Positions 1-11,984 of a stretch of DNA of 64,000 nucleotides are shown here, one piece after another. Below the pieces are notes generated by a model. That model was not told the origin of the DNA. It ran no database searches and saw nothing but the letters and a program-made list of their open reading frames with translations. Location: the NCBI GenBank assembly GCA_038087875.1, contig CM075987.1, forward strand, positions 14,756,001-14,820,000. Reading direction: 5' to 3'. This DNA is from Malacoraja senta (Eukaryota). Every line of letters starts with the position of its first letter. Position 1 is the first letter of the stretch. The position numbers were made by a program, and so were the translations under genes.

Positions 1-368
1 TAGCTCTACCGCCACGCCATGCCACCGTGCTGTTACATAACATCTGGGGTACAGTCTGTCCAGTTTAGGCATTTTCCTTTCAGGGCTTTTTGATGTCTAT
101 TCAATTTAGAAAATCTCATCAAGTCTCTCAACATTTATGGTAAGTAATATCCATCAAGTTTAGGCATTTATTTCCAGTGCAGGGGGAACCTTCCAGAACA
201 ATTGCCCAGGAGCTCTGGAGTAGTAGTCAGAAATCTTTAGGACAAGTTGGTAGAACTTACTGAGCCAAGCACATGTTCCAATCCAAATTAACAACAGACA
301 AGCCCAGGTGTTACTTCAAAAAAAGTGCCAAATTATTACTAACATCCAGTTTCCATTGTTTCCTCCAG

Positions 369-497
369 TTTTCGAAGGATAAATATATCCTGGATTCCAG
401 TCCTGAGAAACTGCACAAAGAGTTGGAGGAGGAGCTAAAACTGAGTAGCACAGACCTGCGGAGTCACGCCTGGTACCATGGGCGCATCCCACGCGAG
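369..497 (+). CDS. SH2D3C: SH2D3C internal coding exon (pre-SH2 helix and SH2 start: FSKDKYILDSSPEKLHKELEEELKLSSTDLRSHAWYHGRIPRE); upstream exons lie outside the window
   Basis: ttcctccag| acceptor, |gtaatg donor, 129 nt, phase 0/0. Peptide matches the recalled vertebrate SH2D3C sequence (SSPEKLHKELEEELKLSSTDLRSH) better than BCAR3. Confidence 0.93.
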
Positions 498-1400
498 GTA
501 ATGGAAAACGGCACCTTAAATTGGTTCTCAGTTAACAAAGGGGCCAATTATATCATGCCTATAACATTATTGTTGGAGCAAAAGTTATTATTACCACAAA
601 CTATTACTATTACTTGTAACTATTACAAGTGCATAATATATTGTGCAGATGATAATATTGTAACAAAGGCAGCTATTTATGGAATTACAGTGTGATTTAG
701 TAGGTGCAATTTTTCTCAAAAGCTGTTAGTATAAAATTCCTCAAGCTCCCTCGACGTTCTGTGCCTCTTGCATGTTGTGAAGTTGGTGCAGAGGAAAATC
801 ATTGCTTTCCTGTTTCATTGTTGCTTCTTGGTGAACCACCAATTGCTGAATGCTCGGGCTCCCCCTTATGGAGCAGAAATAGTTGAGAGAGTGACTCCAG
901 AAAATAGCACAGCCAGCAGGTTTTGTGAATGTAAGAAAATAATTAGATTACAACAATCACTGATAGTTACTTTTTTTTTTAATGTTTGGAAGCCTTTTAT
1001 AGCTCGCTTTGAAATGCCTGCTTTTTTTTTAATGTTGTTTGCTGTACCCATGGGACATGGATTGACACTGGCAGTAAAACCCTGCCTGTCTAATACTGGG
1101 TATTTACGTGGCATGTTCTGCGCACTAGGCTACTGAAGTCAGCATTTCCAAATTAAAAACCCTTTCAAATACTTTATTAAATTATTTCAATTTTTATGAT
1201 ATAAATCAGTGTTGTAATTTATTCTCTTATTAACACACATCTTCTCCAGGATATCTGGCTGGATTTTCTATTCACATCAGGCTTTCCACAAATTTTCACA
1301 ATTTGTAAGGTACCAAAGCTGAACTTCAGTGGTCAGCTTCAGCAAAGAGGCGCAGAAGTTGGCAGAGGAATTGACTTAAACGAAACACCTAGTAAATTGG

Positions 1401-1504
1401 TCACCCATTCCTTCTCTCCAGAGATGCTGTCTGTCCAGCTGAGTTACTCCAGCATTTTGTGTCTACCTTCGATTTAAACCAACATCTGCAGTTCTTTCCT
1501 ACAC
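1401..1504 (+). mobile_element. PLE end fragment
   Basis: 9-bp TSD gtaaattgg at 1392-1400 and 1505-1513; family consensus gatgctg...gagttactccagcattttgtgtc. Confidence 0.8.
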
Positions 1505-1639
1505 GTAAATTGGCTGCTGTTCATTTTTGCACTGACTTCAGGGGAGAAATTGTTTTAACCATGGAAACTATATTTACAGATTAGGCCTGTGAATTTCAAC
1601 TTGCTAAAATACAGACGGAACACCTAAATGGACATCAAA

Positions 1640-1950
1640 AATGGGAACCCCTCTTCAGACTGATTGGAATAGGGGGGAGAAAGTTGGATAGAGAGATGGG
1701 GGGCGAGATTAAGTCTGGCAAGTGATAGGTGGATACAGGTGTGGGAGATGGTGATGGGTGCAGTAAGTGACACAGGTGAGAGATGCAAAGGAAACAATAG
1801 GGTGTCAGAAAACGGAGAGATGTGGAGGAGTGAAATGTTGAGCTAGTGGGGGGTATTTGTGTGGAACGGGGCAGGGGGTGGGAAAGGAGTATGTGTGTGT
1901 GTGGGGGGTGGGATAAGAGGGAAATGTGAGAGTCTGCGATTGTCACGTGT
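1640..1950 (-). mobile_element. PLE-related pyrimidine-rich 3' UTR fragment (related + copy at ~56500-56790)
   Basis: Shared tatcacttgccag...caatcagtctgaaga motif in both copies. Confidence 0.6.
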
Positions 1951-3622
1951 ATCGAGTTACAGTTTTGCATGCCAGGAGGGAAGGGAGCTGAGCGATGGCA
2001 AGAGATGGTGATCTGGATATCTTCTATTTTAAGCTATGTTGAAAGAAACCCGATAAGCTTTTAAGAAATTATTTAAAAGTTAAGTGTATTTATCAATGAA
2101 TTACCCAGTGATAACCAAAGGTTCGTCTGTATTTTGGGCCTAATTTAAGAATCGTATGATATTCTATGAAATGTATATATTTATTTTGTCACTGTTCTAC
2201 AATAAATAGGTTACCGGTAAAGACATAAGAGTTCATGTTATGCGCCTTATGTTCAGACTTTTATGTTGTAACTACTTCCAAATGTAGTTCCAGTCACCGA
2301 AGCCCATTATTCAGTCACTGTTTTCAAGGTGTTTGTGGAAGCACTTGACAAAGAAAGCAGAAATTCAGTTACCAGGAATGAATCTAATTGGAAAACAAAT
2401 TGAAATGTCAAGGTGATAGCTCCCTCATGTATTACTACGAATAAAAATGATCAAGAGATATAGCACCTAAAAGCTGGGAAAAACTGCAATATATCTTCTG
2501 CTTTTCCTCTATGCAGGAAAAGGATTTGACATTTTTACTGCTACAGGCATTAAAAACATAAATATATATCAGAGCACAGTGAGGGGTGGGGGTGGGGGGA
2601 GTGCCGCTGACAGTCTGATGAACAGTCAGTCTATGGCTTCTCAGTGTCTTGACACCTTTTCATTAGTTTATTCTGAAAATTTCACACCTGCCTAGTGAGG
2701 TGAAGAATGGATAGTGATCTTCAGTGCTTTTTTTTCCTAGACACATCAATTGAAAAATGATGCTACATTTATCGACAATTTTTTTCCCATCAATATGTCC
2801 CCTTCCTCTGTTTTGATTCTGTGCCCAATCAACTTCTAATTTAACAACTAATAACTAGAAAGGTAAAATCACCACCTGTTATAAATTAAACGTTATTTGA
2901 AAATCTAGTTTTTAACTTTTTAGAAGAAACTAAAAAAGCACCGATGGTCTTTATTTCCAGGATCTCAGGGTTAATGACATGACTGTCAGGTCATGTTGAG
3001 TCGCCACAAGCACAGTGGGTCACTTTCATTGGTTTCACCAGGGGATGCCTCTGTTGCAACCCCAGGAAGAGTACCGTTGTTCAAAGTATCTACATTGATG
3101 GATGGGAAATGGTCCTGTTCCCATCCATCAATGTGGGTCTTTGCAGAATGATATTCCTACTGCTGAGAGGAACAGCTGGTCAGTGATCAAGAGCAAGAAC
3201 ATTGGGTGATTTGATCTAAACACCAGCCCATGGGTCAAAGCCGCGTAGGTAATGCACAGGCTGTAGACAAGGACTCACTTCAGTGGCTGGGCGACAAAGG
3301 ATGTCAATGGAACTGATGCTGAGGGATTGGCCGTTAGAATTTATGAAGTACCGAATGAGGTTGAAAATGCAGTATTAAGTTAGAAATCTGGAACAATCTC
3401 CTTCAAAAATGCTATTGAAACTGGGATGGGGAGAGGTAGGGGGAGGTACAGGATCACCTGAAAGATTCAACACTTTGTTTTAGGTAACTGCATAAAGAGA
3501 ATCAGAATTATGAAAAGTGTAAGGAATACAACATAGATTGCCCATTATCCGAACAGGCTTGTGGGGACAAATCTGGTTCCTGTGTTCCTCAACAATTTTT
3601 CTAAATGCTGATATTTTTTCAG

Positions 3623-4071
3623 GTGTCTGAGAACCTAATGCAGAAAAATGGTGATTTCCTCATTCGAGATTCCCTCACGTGTGTCGGTGATTACGTGCTG
3701 ACGTGCCAATGGAGAAATGAACCTCTCCACTTCAAAATCAACAAGGTGATGATCAAACAGAACGAGGCCTTCACCCGCATCCAGTTTCTGTTTGAACGGG
3801 AGAGCTTCGACAACATCCCCGCCCTGGTCAGGTTTTACGTCAAGAACCGCAAGCCCGTTTCCGAGCAGAGTGGTGCCATCATCTACTGTCCAATCAACCG
3901 CACCCTTCCCCTCCGGTACCTGGAGGCCAGCTACGGGCTGTCCAATGGGAAGTATGGGCTAGCTCACCCCTCAACAAACCAGAAAGGTGGATACATTAAG
4001 CGGAGGAGTGTGACCATGACGGACGGTCTGACATCTGACAAGATCATCCGAAGTGACAGTTGTGGTAACAG
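3623..4071 (+). CDS. SH2D3C: SH2D3C exon, SH2 domain (VSENLMQKNGDFLIRDSL...RTLPLRYLEASYGL...KRRSVTMTDGLTSDKI)
   Basis: ttttttcag| acceptor, |gtaaat donor, phase 0/2; FLIRDS SH2 signature. Confidence 0.95.
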
Positions 4072-4144
4072 GTAAATATTTGGGTTCTTGAGGGAAAAGG
4101 AACTCTTGTTTCCCTTGTGCTGCAGAAAATGAGTTTCAGATCCT

Positions 4145-4281
4145 TCTTCTTCTTGCGTATGGCGTGCACAGCCTAAAGTTGTAGGTCAACCTGTTCTATT
4201 TGATCTTGTTTGTGCACGTCGGGTTGATTGCATTAGTCGAAACAGGGTGGACCACGTGAAGGTTGCAATCTCCCACCCCCA
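4145..4281 (-). mobile_element. Short non-autonomous retroposon with an HDV-like ribozyme head and RTE-like (GAA)n tail
   Basis: 11-bp TSD tttcagatcct at 4134-4144 and 4282-4292; minus-strand tail ...catacgcAAGAAGAAGAA; internal stem CGUGCACA/UGUGCACG. Confidence 0.85.
4226..4279 (-). ncRNA. Minimal HDV-like (nested double pseudoknot) self-cleaving ribozyme
   Basis: GGGGUGG(P1) GA GAUUGCA(P2) ACC(P3) UUCACGU(L3) GGU(P3') CCACCCU(P1') G U-UUCG-A CUAA(J4/2) UGCAAUC(P2'). P1, P2 and P3 pair fully, with a G1.U wobble. Confidence 0.85.
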
Positions 4282-4931
4282 TTTCAGATCCTCAGATAGC
4301 TTTGTATCTAAGAAGGTGTGATTGTAAGGGGATCAGGTGTTATGGGGGGAAGGCAGGAGAATGGGGTTGTGAGAGAAAGATAGATCAGCCATGATTGAAT
4401 GGCAGAGTAAACTTGATGGGCCGAATGGCCTGATCCTGCTCCTACCACTTATGAACATGTACAGGGACTAAATGGAATACTCTGTAACTTGTCAGCGCCC
4501 TATATGTGGCGACTCTTTAAGCAAAACAAAAATCTCACCGTGACATGTCACTTGTGATACGAAAGTGTCATTCTTTCATTGGTTTAGTTATGATTTCCTT
4601 GTGCCCGTTCCCCATTATCTTATTGTCTGAGACACTCAAATGACATGCAAACTGTGACCTTCTGCTTGAAGATCAGAGAAGCAGGAAAACATTTGGCAGC
4701 AGGATGGCCGTAATTATGAAAATGGGATGTGCTTGGAGTGGCAGTGCCTTGGAAATGGAGGGAATAACTTGCCGCTCTCCTCACAGGAGGCTAGGAGTAA
4801 GCCAACTGGCTCTGAATTTCCACAACATTGGGCAGTGGGTTGGCAAGATGATTATTAGAAGTAGGGAGGATTCTAAAGTGGCAGCATCACTTCTTTGGAC
4901 TACAGCTGCTTCAGAGAGCCTCCCAGAGTCA

Positions 4932-5162
4932 GGTGGTGAGCCCAATTCATGTTTCAGTTCAGGGGCTGTGCTGTAGTTTAGGGCCTATGCTGGTGGTGAG
5001 CCCACTTCAAGTTTCAGTTCAGAGCCTCTGCTGCAGTTTAGGGCCTATGCTGGTGGTGAGCCCACTTCAAGTTTCAGTTCAGAGCCTCTGCTGCAGTTTA
5101 GGGCCTATGCTGGTGGTGAGCCCACTTCACATTTCAGTTCAGGGCCTATGCTGTAGTTTAGG
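4932..5162. repeat. 60-bp minisatellite, ~3.8 copies
   Basis: Unit ggtggtgagcccacttcaagtttcagttcagagcctctgctgcagtttagggcctatgct; consecutive 60-nt lines are nearly identical. Confidence 0.95.
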
Positions 5163-5465
5163 TTGCCATTATGTGGGATCCCCAGCAGTTTACTGTCAAG
5201 TTGTACTCTCTTCAATTTGTAAGCCAAGTGAGACAAAGATGGTCAGGAGAAACCTGGCAGTCTCCAGGAACACCTGATCTCCATCTATGGCCAGCTGGCA
5301 CAATATAAATAAATGCTGGTCTTCAAAATGGACCAGGTTTCACTAGCTACCCAAATTTACACCTGGATTTCGACTTCTAGAGAGTATGGTGTGTCCTCTT
5401 GACAGTTAAATGCTAATTGACAATGCAAAAGAGCTACCATTCAACAGTGTCTTGCCTTCCTACAG

Positions 5466-5590
5466 CATTCCATCACCACATCACAAGGATCCAATCCGCA
5501 ACTTTGCTCTGAGCATGGATCAAATCAAGGAAATTCGCCACGGAATGGGCCCAGTGAACGAGATCCCTCTCTCTCCAGAGTACAGCACAA
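5466..5590 (+). CDS. SH2D3C: SH2D3C exon, Pro/Ser-rich linker (IPSPHHKDPIRNFALSMDQI...SPEYST)
   Basis: ccttcctacag| acceptor, |gtaagt donor; phase 2/1 fits the neighbouring exons; ALSMDQI motif. Confidence 0.88.
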
Positions 5591-6221
5591 GTAAGTGACG
5601 TCAAAATAATACCGTAACTGGCATTGCAGTAAAATGTTGCCATCTGACACAACAAAGCATTTTACAAAGATCTTGAGCATTTGGAGTCATAGAGGAGCAC
5701 AACATGGAAGCAGGCCATTTGGTTCACCTTGTTTATGCCAACCAAGTGAGCATCCTGGAAACCACCCATTTGTCTGCACTTGGTCCATTGCCCTCTAAAC
5801 TTTTCCTATCCTTTCCATCTGCAGCTCATGCTAGATACGAATTGCCGTCCGAGTGAAAAGGTTACCGCGAATGTCCATCTTAAATCTCTCCTCACTCACC
5901 CTCAGCCGATGTCTCTAGTTTTAAAATCCTTCAAAGAAAAACGTCCCAGCCTCTCCCTAGAACTTAATCCTGCAAGCTCGGGTGACATCCTGGTGCATCT
6001 ACAACCTTTGCAACTTAATAACACCCTTCCTGTAGCTGGGTGACCAGAGCTGCACACTGTTTTTTTTTTAAAGTTCTGCTTCCACAGGTGAGAATCACTG
6101 TCAGGGAGTCACTTTGGTAGACCCATGTTTTGATTTGGGCCCTGGGTTAATCTCCAAGGGCTGGGGGTAGGGGGTAATCCAAGTAAGGCACCAGCACCTA
6201 ACGTTGTTAAATCTTCCACAG

Positions 6222-6892
6222 GCTTGAAGCACAAAAGCCAGCTGGGCCGAGTAGCGAGGATGTCGCCATCATCGCCTGTACTCCGGCGATCCAGTGAGCC
6301 ACAACTAAGCCCAACGATCGGTAACAGTCTATGTCAGGAGCCCAACAAGGACAAGGCTCCCGAGGCTTCGAGTGGACCTCATTGCACCAGCACACATTCC
6401 ACCAAGTCGCACGGCTCCTCGCAGTCAGACCAGAGGGTTGCCTCGGAGAACTGTGGAGAATCAGAACACAGCCACTACTGTGAGCTGCGGCCATCTTCGC
6501 CGATCGACTGGGAGAGGCAGCAGCTGGAACTGGCCCTCAAGCAAAGCCAGCTGATGGCAAAGAGTTACGTGGAACGGTTGAAAGTTGAGGAAAATCCGAA
6601 CATATCTAGCTGGCAGTCTGAGACGAACTTCGGGTTCCTGGAGACAGAGACGTATCTCAGTCCCTTGCCCAGCTGTGCAGAGGAGGAGGAGGAGGAGGGA
6701 CAGCAGTGCCATTGGTTCACAGCCCCGGTCATCGAACTGGAATCTTCCTTTCACCCAAACGGTTATCAGTCTCTGCTCATTCCCTTGGAGAACAAGCCAC
6801 TCGAGATGACCGTCCTAAAGAGAGTCAAGGAGCTGTTGGCTGAGGAAGATGCAAAAACTATTGCCAAACATATCACAAAAGTTGACTGCATG
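6222..6892 (+). CDS. SH2D3C: SH2D3C large exon, Pro/Ser-rich region to start of the GEF-like domain (SPSSPVLRRSSEPQL...ENKPLEMTVLKRVKELL...HITKVDCM)
   Basis: cttccacag| acceptor, |gtaaga donor, phase 1/0; RRSSEPQL, HYCEL, SYVERL and ENKPLE motifs of the NSP family. Confidence 0.92.
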
Positions 6893-7199
6893 GTAAGAAA
6901 ATCTAGTTCCAGTGGATTCATCTCAATTATATTTCATTATTGTGCCGAGTTGTGGAAATAGTAAACCTTTCTTATTAACAAGACCAGTCCAATCTAAGAA
7001 AGTCCCATCTAAACAGCTTGTTGGCATGAAATATTCATTCCCATGTTGCCTTTCTGAATCATCATCAGCAGACAAAGTCTTTCTCACACAATAAAGACTT
7101 GTCATCATTGTAATGTAATAAATGGCAGTAATTGGGATCAGGAAACTCCCATAAACAATAGTGAAAAGAGAACAGGATAATCTGTGTGGATATTTTTAG

Positions 7200-7440
7200 T
7201 CGAGCATTGAATGTTGGGTTCGACAGCCGAGAAGAGGTTCTGACCCTTACCCCACGAGGCCTTGTATATCAGCCTCAAAGAATAGATGAAGCTTCAATTT
7301 AATGTCTCACACAAAACACTGCATCTTCAGTGATGCAGCATTCCTGTAGTATTGCACCAAAGTGCCAGGCCAGATTATACTGCACAAATACCTCTGAACC
7401 TACAATCTCTAACTCAAAAGTGTAAATACAGAGCAAAACA
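7200..7440 (-). mobile_element. Degenerate Deu-domain SINE (SacSINE1/AmnSINE1-like)
   Basis: tttaatgtctcacacaaaacactgcatcttcagtgatgcagcattcctgtagtattgcaccaaagtgccaggccagatt resembles the recalled Deu-SINE consensus in reverse. Confidence 0.55.
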
Positions 7441-8079
7441 GGCTCCAGAAAGTCTCATAATCTATGCTGTTGGACAATCTGAGTCACTCCTGTTGGTTTT
7501 CATGTACTGGATCTGGGGAGGGGGCTGTTTTTCCACTAAAGATTGTGAACTCATCAGTTGTCTTACTGGAACAGTCGGGTAAGGACAGGACCAGTCCCGG
7601 TTTTGTTACATGTGCAGCTGAATATTTATCATGGACAATGCCCTGACTCTCAGATTATCCAGGGCCTCTCAGCAGAAGCTGGCTGAGTCCTAGTGAGGCC
7701 AGAAGAAGACATGAAAGTGGACTTGAATTGCTTGATTTATTCACCTTAAGCTGGTAGTTGGCATATTACCAGCCTGTTCTAACCACCAAGTTCAATTTGT
7801 TCTCTGGCTAAAAAGCGACAATGTTCCTTAAAACTAAAATTAAGTAAAACATTTTTCAGTGTGTGTATCCACAGTTCTTTTGTCCAATTCTGAGAGACAA
7901 ATGTGTATCCCAAACAGTTGATTGGGAGTCTTGATGTTTCACAAACGCAAGACAGAGTGTGGAGATCCTTTTGATAAACAGATCGATATTCAGAGGGTGA
8001 ATGTGATGCTTGTTACTTGTGGCCATGTAATTGCTGAGAGTGCAAGTTGATTAATCTCCTTTATATCCTGTCTCCACAG

Positions 8080-8195
8080 GTTGCTAGGATACTGGCTGTT
8101 TCTAAGGAGCTGCAGAAGCAGATGGGAGTGAGCTCAGGGCTGGAGTTACTTACTCTTCCCCATGGGCACCAGCTTCGACTCGACTTACTGGAACG
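8080..8195 (+). CDS. SH2D3C: SH2D3C exon (VARILAVSKELQKQMGVSSGLELLTLPHGHQLRLDLLER); absent from the ORF track
   Basis: tctccacag| acceptor, |gtgaga donor, 116 nt, phase 0/2; translated by hand. Confidence 0.93.
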
Positions 8196-9369
8196 GTGAG
8201 AGAAGCTGAGAGTCGTGAGGCAAACCACGTCCTGTGTCCTTGGCCGCCTTGCAGCCCAGTTACTTTGAAACAGGGTGGCTTCTAGAGTTGTTTCATAAAT
8301 GTTCTGGCATCAATTTGTAACGTTGGGATAATGTCACTGTATTTGAGCCAAACTGCTTGTTGTAATCAGATGGCCAATCTCCTGCAGCAAGAATTTGTGC
8401 AGAAAATTTCCATTTCATTTACTCTTTTGTCCTGTGGGAAGGAAAAGTATGATAATTTCTTCCTATCCTAAAGGTGCTGCCGACTGCTTGGTTTGTTACA
8501 TTAGCTATGTAAAATGAAGGCAGACAAGGCTATTCAACAATAAGAGACATTCATGCAACAATCTAGAGCAAGCACGTGGAGATCACATGTTGATTTTTAG
8601 GTCAAAACTCATTTGTAGGTCAGGAAATTAAAGGCCTGATCTGATGTTCCTTCCTACCCATGCTTTAGTCAGCTCTGAGCAACACATGACCATGCAACAT
8701 ATGTTTTTAAGTTCCAATCCAGAATGTGGAGCACCATTTTGGCTGTAGCTGAGCTGCTCATTTCAGGAGCAAGTTAAAACAAGGCCCAAGTCTGCTGTTT
8801 AAAGTGGTTATTAAAGATGCCAAGTCTCAGTATTTTGAGACGACCAAGGGTTAACATAAAACATAGAACAGCACCAGAGCAGGCCCTTCAGCCCACGAAG
8901 TCCACCCTGTTACTTTCAAAGGCAACGGTTAAATCTTATATTAACTGCTGGCAATTTTGGAGATTAATTAGAAGAATCTATAGGCTCTGGGGGCTGCTAA
9001 CTCTATTAAATGTTTTGCAGCAGCACAGTGTGATGCCCGTACTGAACAGATCTTACTGGGTGCTGAAAAATAATATTTAGCCTGCTGGCAGGTAAAATGA
9101 GTGCACAGCTGTATATATTAATCTAAAGCAACAAATAGTCGCATGTTAGATTCAGTGGCAAAACCTGCACTCTGGGCAGTTTGTAAGTCAATAAAACTAT
9201 CTAAACAAGAATGATCAATGGGGAATTGGAAACAGGAAGGATGAAGGAAATGGAGTGTTATGAGTCACTCAAAGACAGGATCAGGGTTAGAAGACAGCGA
9301 ATGATATTTTATGGAGCATATATGACTGCATAGTTCTTCCTGAGAACAATTAATGTGTAACAGTGATGT

Positions 9370-9815
9370 TGCCAGACCTTGAGGGCCTTGAGCTATAGGG
9401 AGATGTTGAGCAGGATAGGATTTTATTCCTTGGAGTGCATGAGGTTGAAGTGTGATCTTATACAGGTTTATAAAATCATGAGGGGAACAGGTAGCGTGAA
9501 TGCACATAGTCCTTTACCCAGAGTAGGTCAATCAAGAACTAGACAATATAGGTTTAAGGTGTGAGGGGAAGGATTTAATAGGAACCAGAGGAGAAACCTT
9601 TTCAATCAGAGGGAGGTAGGTATATGGAACAAGCTGCCTGAAGAAGTAGTTGAAGCAGGTATTATATCAACATTTAAAACATTTTGGACAGGTACATGAT
9701 TAGGAAAAGATTTAGAGGTATATAGGATAATGCAGGCAATGGGACCAATGTAGATGGGACACACTGATTGCCATGGACAAGTTGGGCTAAGGGACTGGTT
9801 TCATGCTGTATGACT
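9370..9815 (+). mobile_element. CR1-type LINE 3' fragment
   Basis: LSYREMLSRIGFYSLECMRLKCDLIQVYKIMRG followed by the family 3' UTR. Confidence 0.8.
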
Positions 9816-9886
9816 TTAATTGTCCACAAATGCAGGTGGGAATTTTGACAAGTATCTATCGCTGCAGGAGTAGTAGCTGAGTGTTC

Positions 9887-9938
9887 TTAGAGAGTTCCCC
9901 AGGCCAACGTTATTAGAGAGTTCCCCAGGCCAATGTTA
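9887..9938. repeat. 26-bp tandem duplication
   Basis: ttagagagttccccaggccaa(c/t)gtta, two copies. Confidence 0.9.
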
Positions 9939-10243
9939 TTTACTGAACTAATTATACCGGGGTTGAATACAGATGTACAACAGGGTCTGGAAGACACAAG
10001 TGACGGCAGACGCTAGAATTGAGCAACAAACAATCTGCTGGAGTAACTCAATGGGTCAAGCAGCATCTGAGGGGGAAAGGAATGGTCAATGTTTTGGGTT
10101 GAAACCCTGCATCAAATGTTCTGCTATTCTCTGCAATGAATAGTTCTGACAAATAGTCATGAGATGTCAGTTTGCTTTATCTAACCCACTGAGTATCCCC
10201 TGCATTTTCTATATTAACTCTGGGTCTTTTCCTTTTTCCATAG

Positions 10244-10415
10244 GTTTAATACCATGTCAATCATGATGGCAGTGGACATTCTGGGCTGCACGAGCAGCAC
10301 AGAGGAGCGAGCTTCCCTCCTGCATAAAACTATACAGTTGGCTGCTGAACTGAAGAGCAATATGGGAAATATGTTTGGCTTTGCCGCTGTGATGAAAGCG
10401 TTGGAAATGCCTCAG
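10244..10415 (+). CDS. SH2D3C: SH2D3C exon, RasGEF-like domain (FNTMSIMMAVDILGC...MKALEMPQ)
   Basis: tttttccatag| acceptor, |gtaggt donor, phase 2/0. Confidence 0.94.
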
Positions 10416-11680
10416 GTAGGTGCTGGATTCGGTGAGATAATCTGAATTTCTTATCCCTGTTTAATTATTATTCCACTATTGGGCCAAGGGTAGAGTGAGA
10501 TATGTGCTCCTGGACCAACCGCCAACAGCCTGACTATTCTGTTCCCCTCGGCCAGTTGAGGCAGCATAGCCTGTTAAACGCCCCAGTCTGACTTCCCCTC
10601 TGCCACACTGTGGAAAAAGTCTGCTTCCTCACAGAGGGAAATGGTTAAACACTCAGCAGATGGGATTGTTGAGGGTAGCAGGGTGTGCAAATCTGGTACC
10701 GTCCAGGGTATGTGGCATTTGTTCCATTGTTCATCGTAATAGCATCCAGTTCCAGTGTTTTTTTTTGTGTCTTTGATGGAGGTTTAAGTCACATTCAAAA
10801 CGACCAAGGAACAACGTTAAATAATTAATTGTATTGTTCATACTTAGCATTCATTACATTAAAAATGTCCACAGGGTATGAATATCAGTAGTGCGCTCTC
10901 GCATACTACAGTTGATGTCCCATTAAATATATTAATCCATCACTGATGATACTATATTGATCCAAACTCGATTAGCTGGAAATATGAGTGAGGTTTCTCC
11001 AGTAAATGTCTTTTGGTGAATTTTTGATTATCGAGCTGGGAGTTGTTCTCGGAATGTCATTGTCAGCTTCTGCTGGTTTTATTCTTGCTTGGAAACAGTT
11101 TTTGTTTGGTTATATTACCAGACTTGCAGCAGTTGTTTACTCAGGGAACTAGCATGTGTGAATTCAAACTCTGCTACTTCTCCTTATCCATTGTGGTCAG
11201 AATATGATTGGTGGTGGACTTTGACTGAATAGTTTGAGTTGGAAGAAGATGTTTGGTTCAGGTGGTGGGGATCCTTGTATCCGTGGATCTACTCACCAAT
11301 CACCCTCCTGTGGTATTGCTCATCATGATTCATCATTTTACAATATGACAATTGATTTACCATAGCTAAGAAACTACACTCCTAATGAGCAAGATTCTGA
11401 GGATTTTCCTGGTGCTCTGATGATTCCATTTCACGGCTTGTTCCATTATTCTGTAAAATCTACAAAATCACATCCTTTAAACTTACTGAAACTCCAAACA
11501 GAAGGGGAACGCCATGCCTAATATTTTCATATGCTTATCCAATTGCCAGTTTAAAGTTACAGTGGAATGCGATACCACTACCCTCTGGTGGTGTTGCAGA
11601 TCATAATAACCCTCTGAACAAAGACATTTCACCTCAATTGTCAATTATTTTTAATCTATTACCTCTGGTCACTGATTTAC

Positions 11681-11857
11681 AAGGAACTGCAGAAACTGGT
11701 TTACAAAAAAAGACACAAAGTGCTGGAGTAACTCAGTGGGTCAGGCAGCATCTCTGGGGAACATGGATTGGTGACATTTCAGAAGAAGTGTTCAGACCTG
11801 ATACATGATCTCCAGGGATGTTGCCTGACCCATTGTGTTAGTCCAGCACTTTGTGTC
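11681..11857. mobile_element. Fold-back PLE-end mini element (others at ~21495-21635, 31990-32163, 46605-46745, 57205-57390)
   Basis: Inverted arms gacacaaagtgctggagtaactcagtgggtcaggcagcatc (from 11712) and gatgttgcctgacccattgtgttagtccagcactttgtgtc (to 11857). Confidence 0.75.
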
Positions 11858-11984
11858 CCTTCTACATAGGTATGCTAGAATATTTGGTGACATCTCCTTA
11901 AACCTCTAAAGCAGAGGCATTTGAATTTGAAGCTGCTAACTCTCTCCACTATCTGACTTCCCCATTCTGAAGTCAATGATTAGT

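Noticed and set aside
273-695. ORF-track start and stop extensions around true exons (also at 3605, 6224, 13369, 14151, 53269, 62025)
   Set aside because: Sequence outside the AG/GT boundaries is intronic read-through without homology.
4932-5277. 60-bp repeat as a CRISPR array or as the 114-aa repetitive ORF
   Set aside because: No unique spacers, eukaryotic intron context and no splice support; it is a minisatellite.
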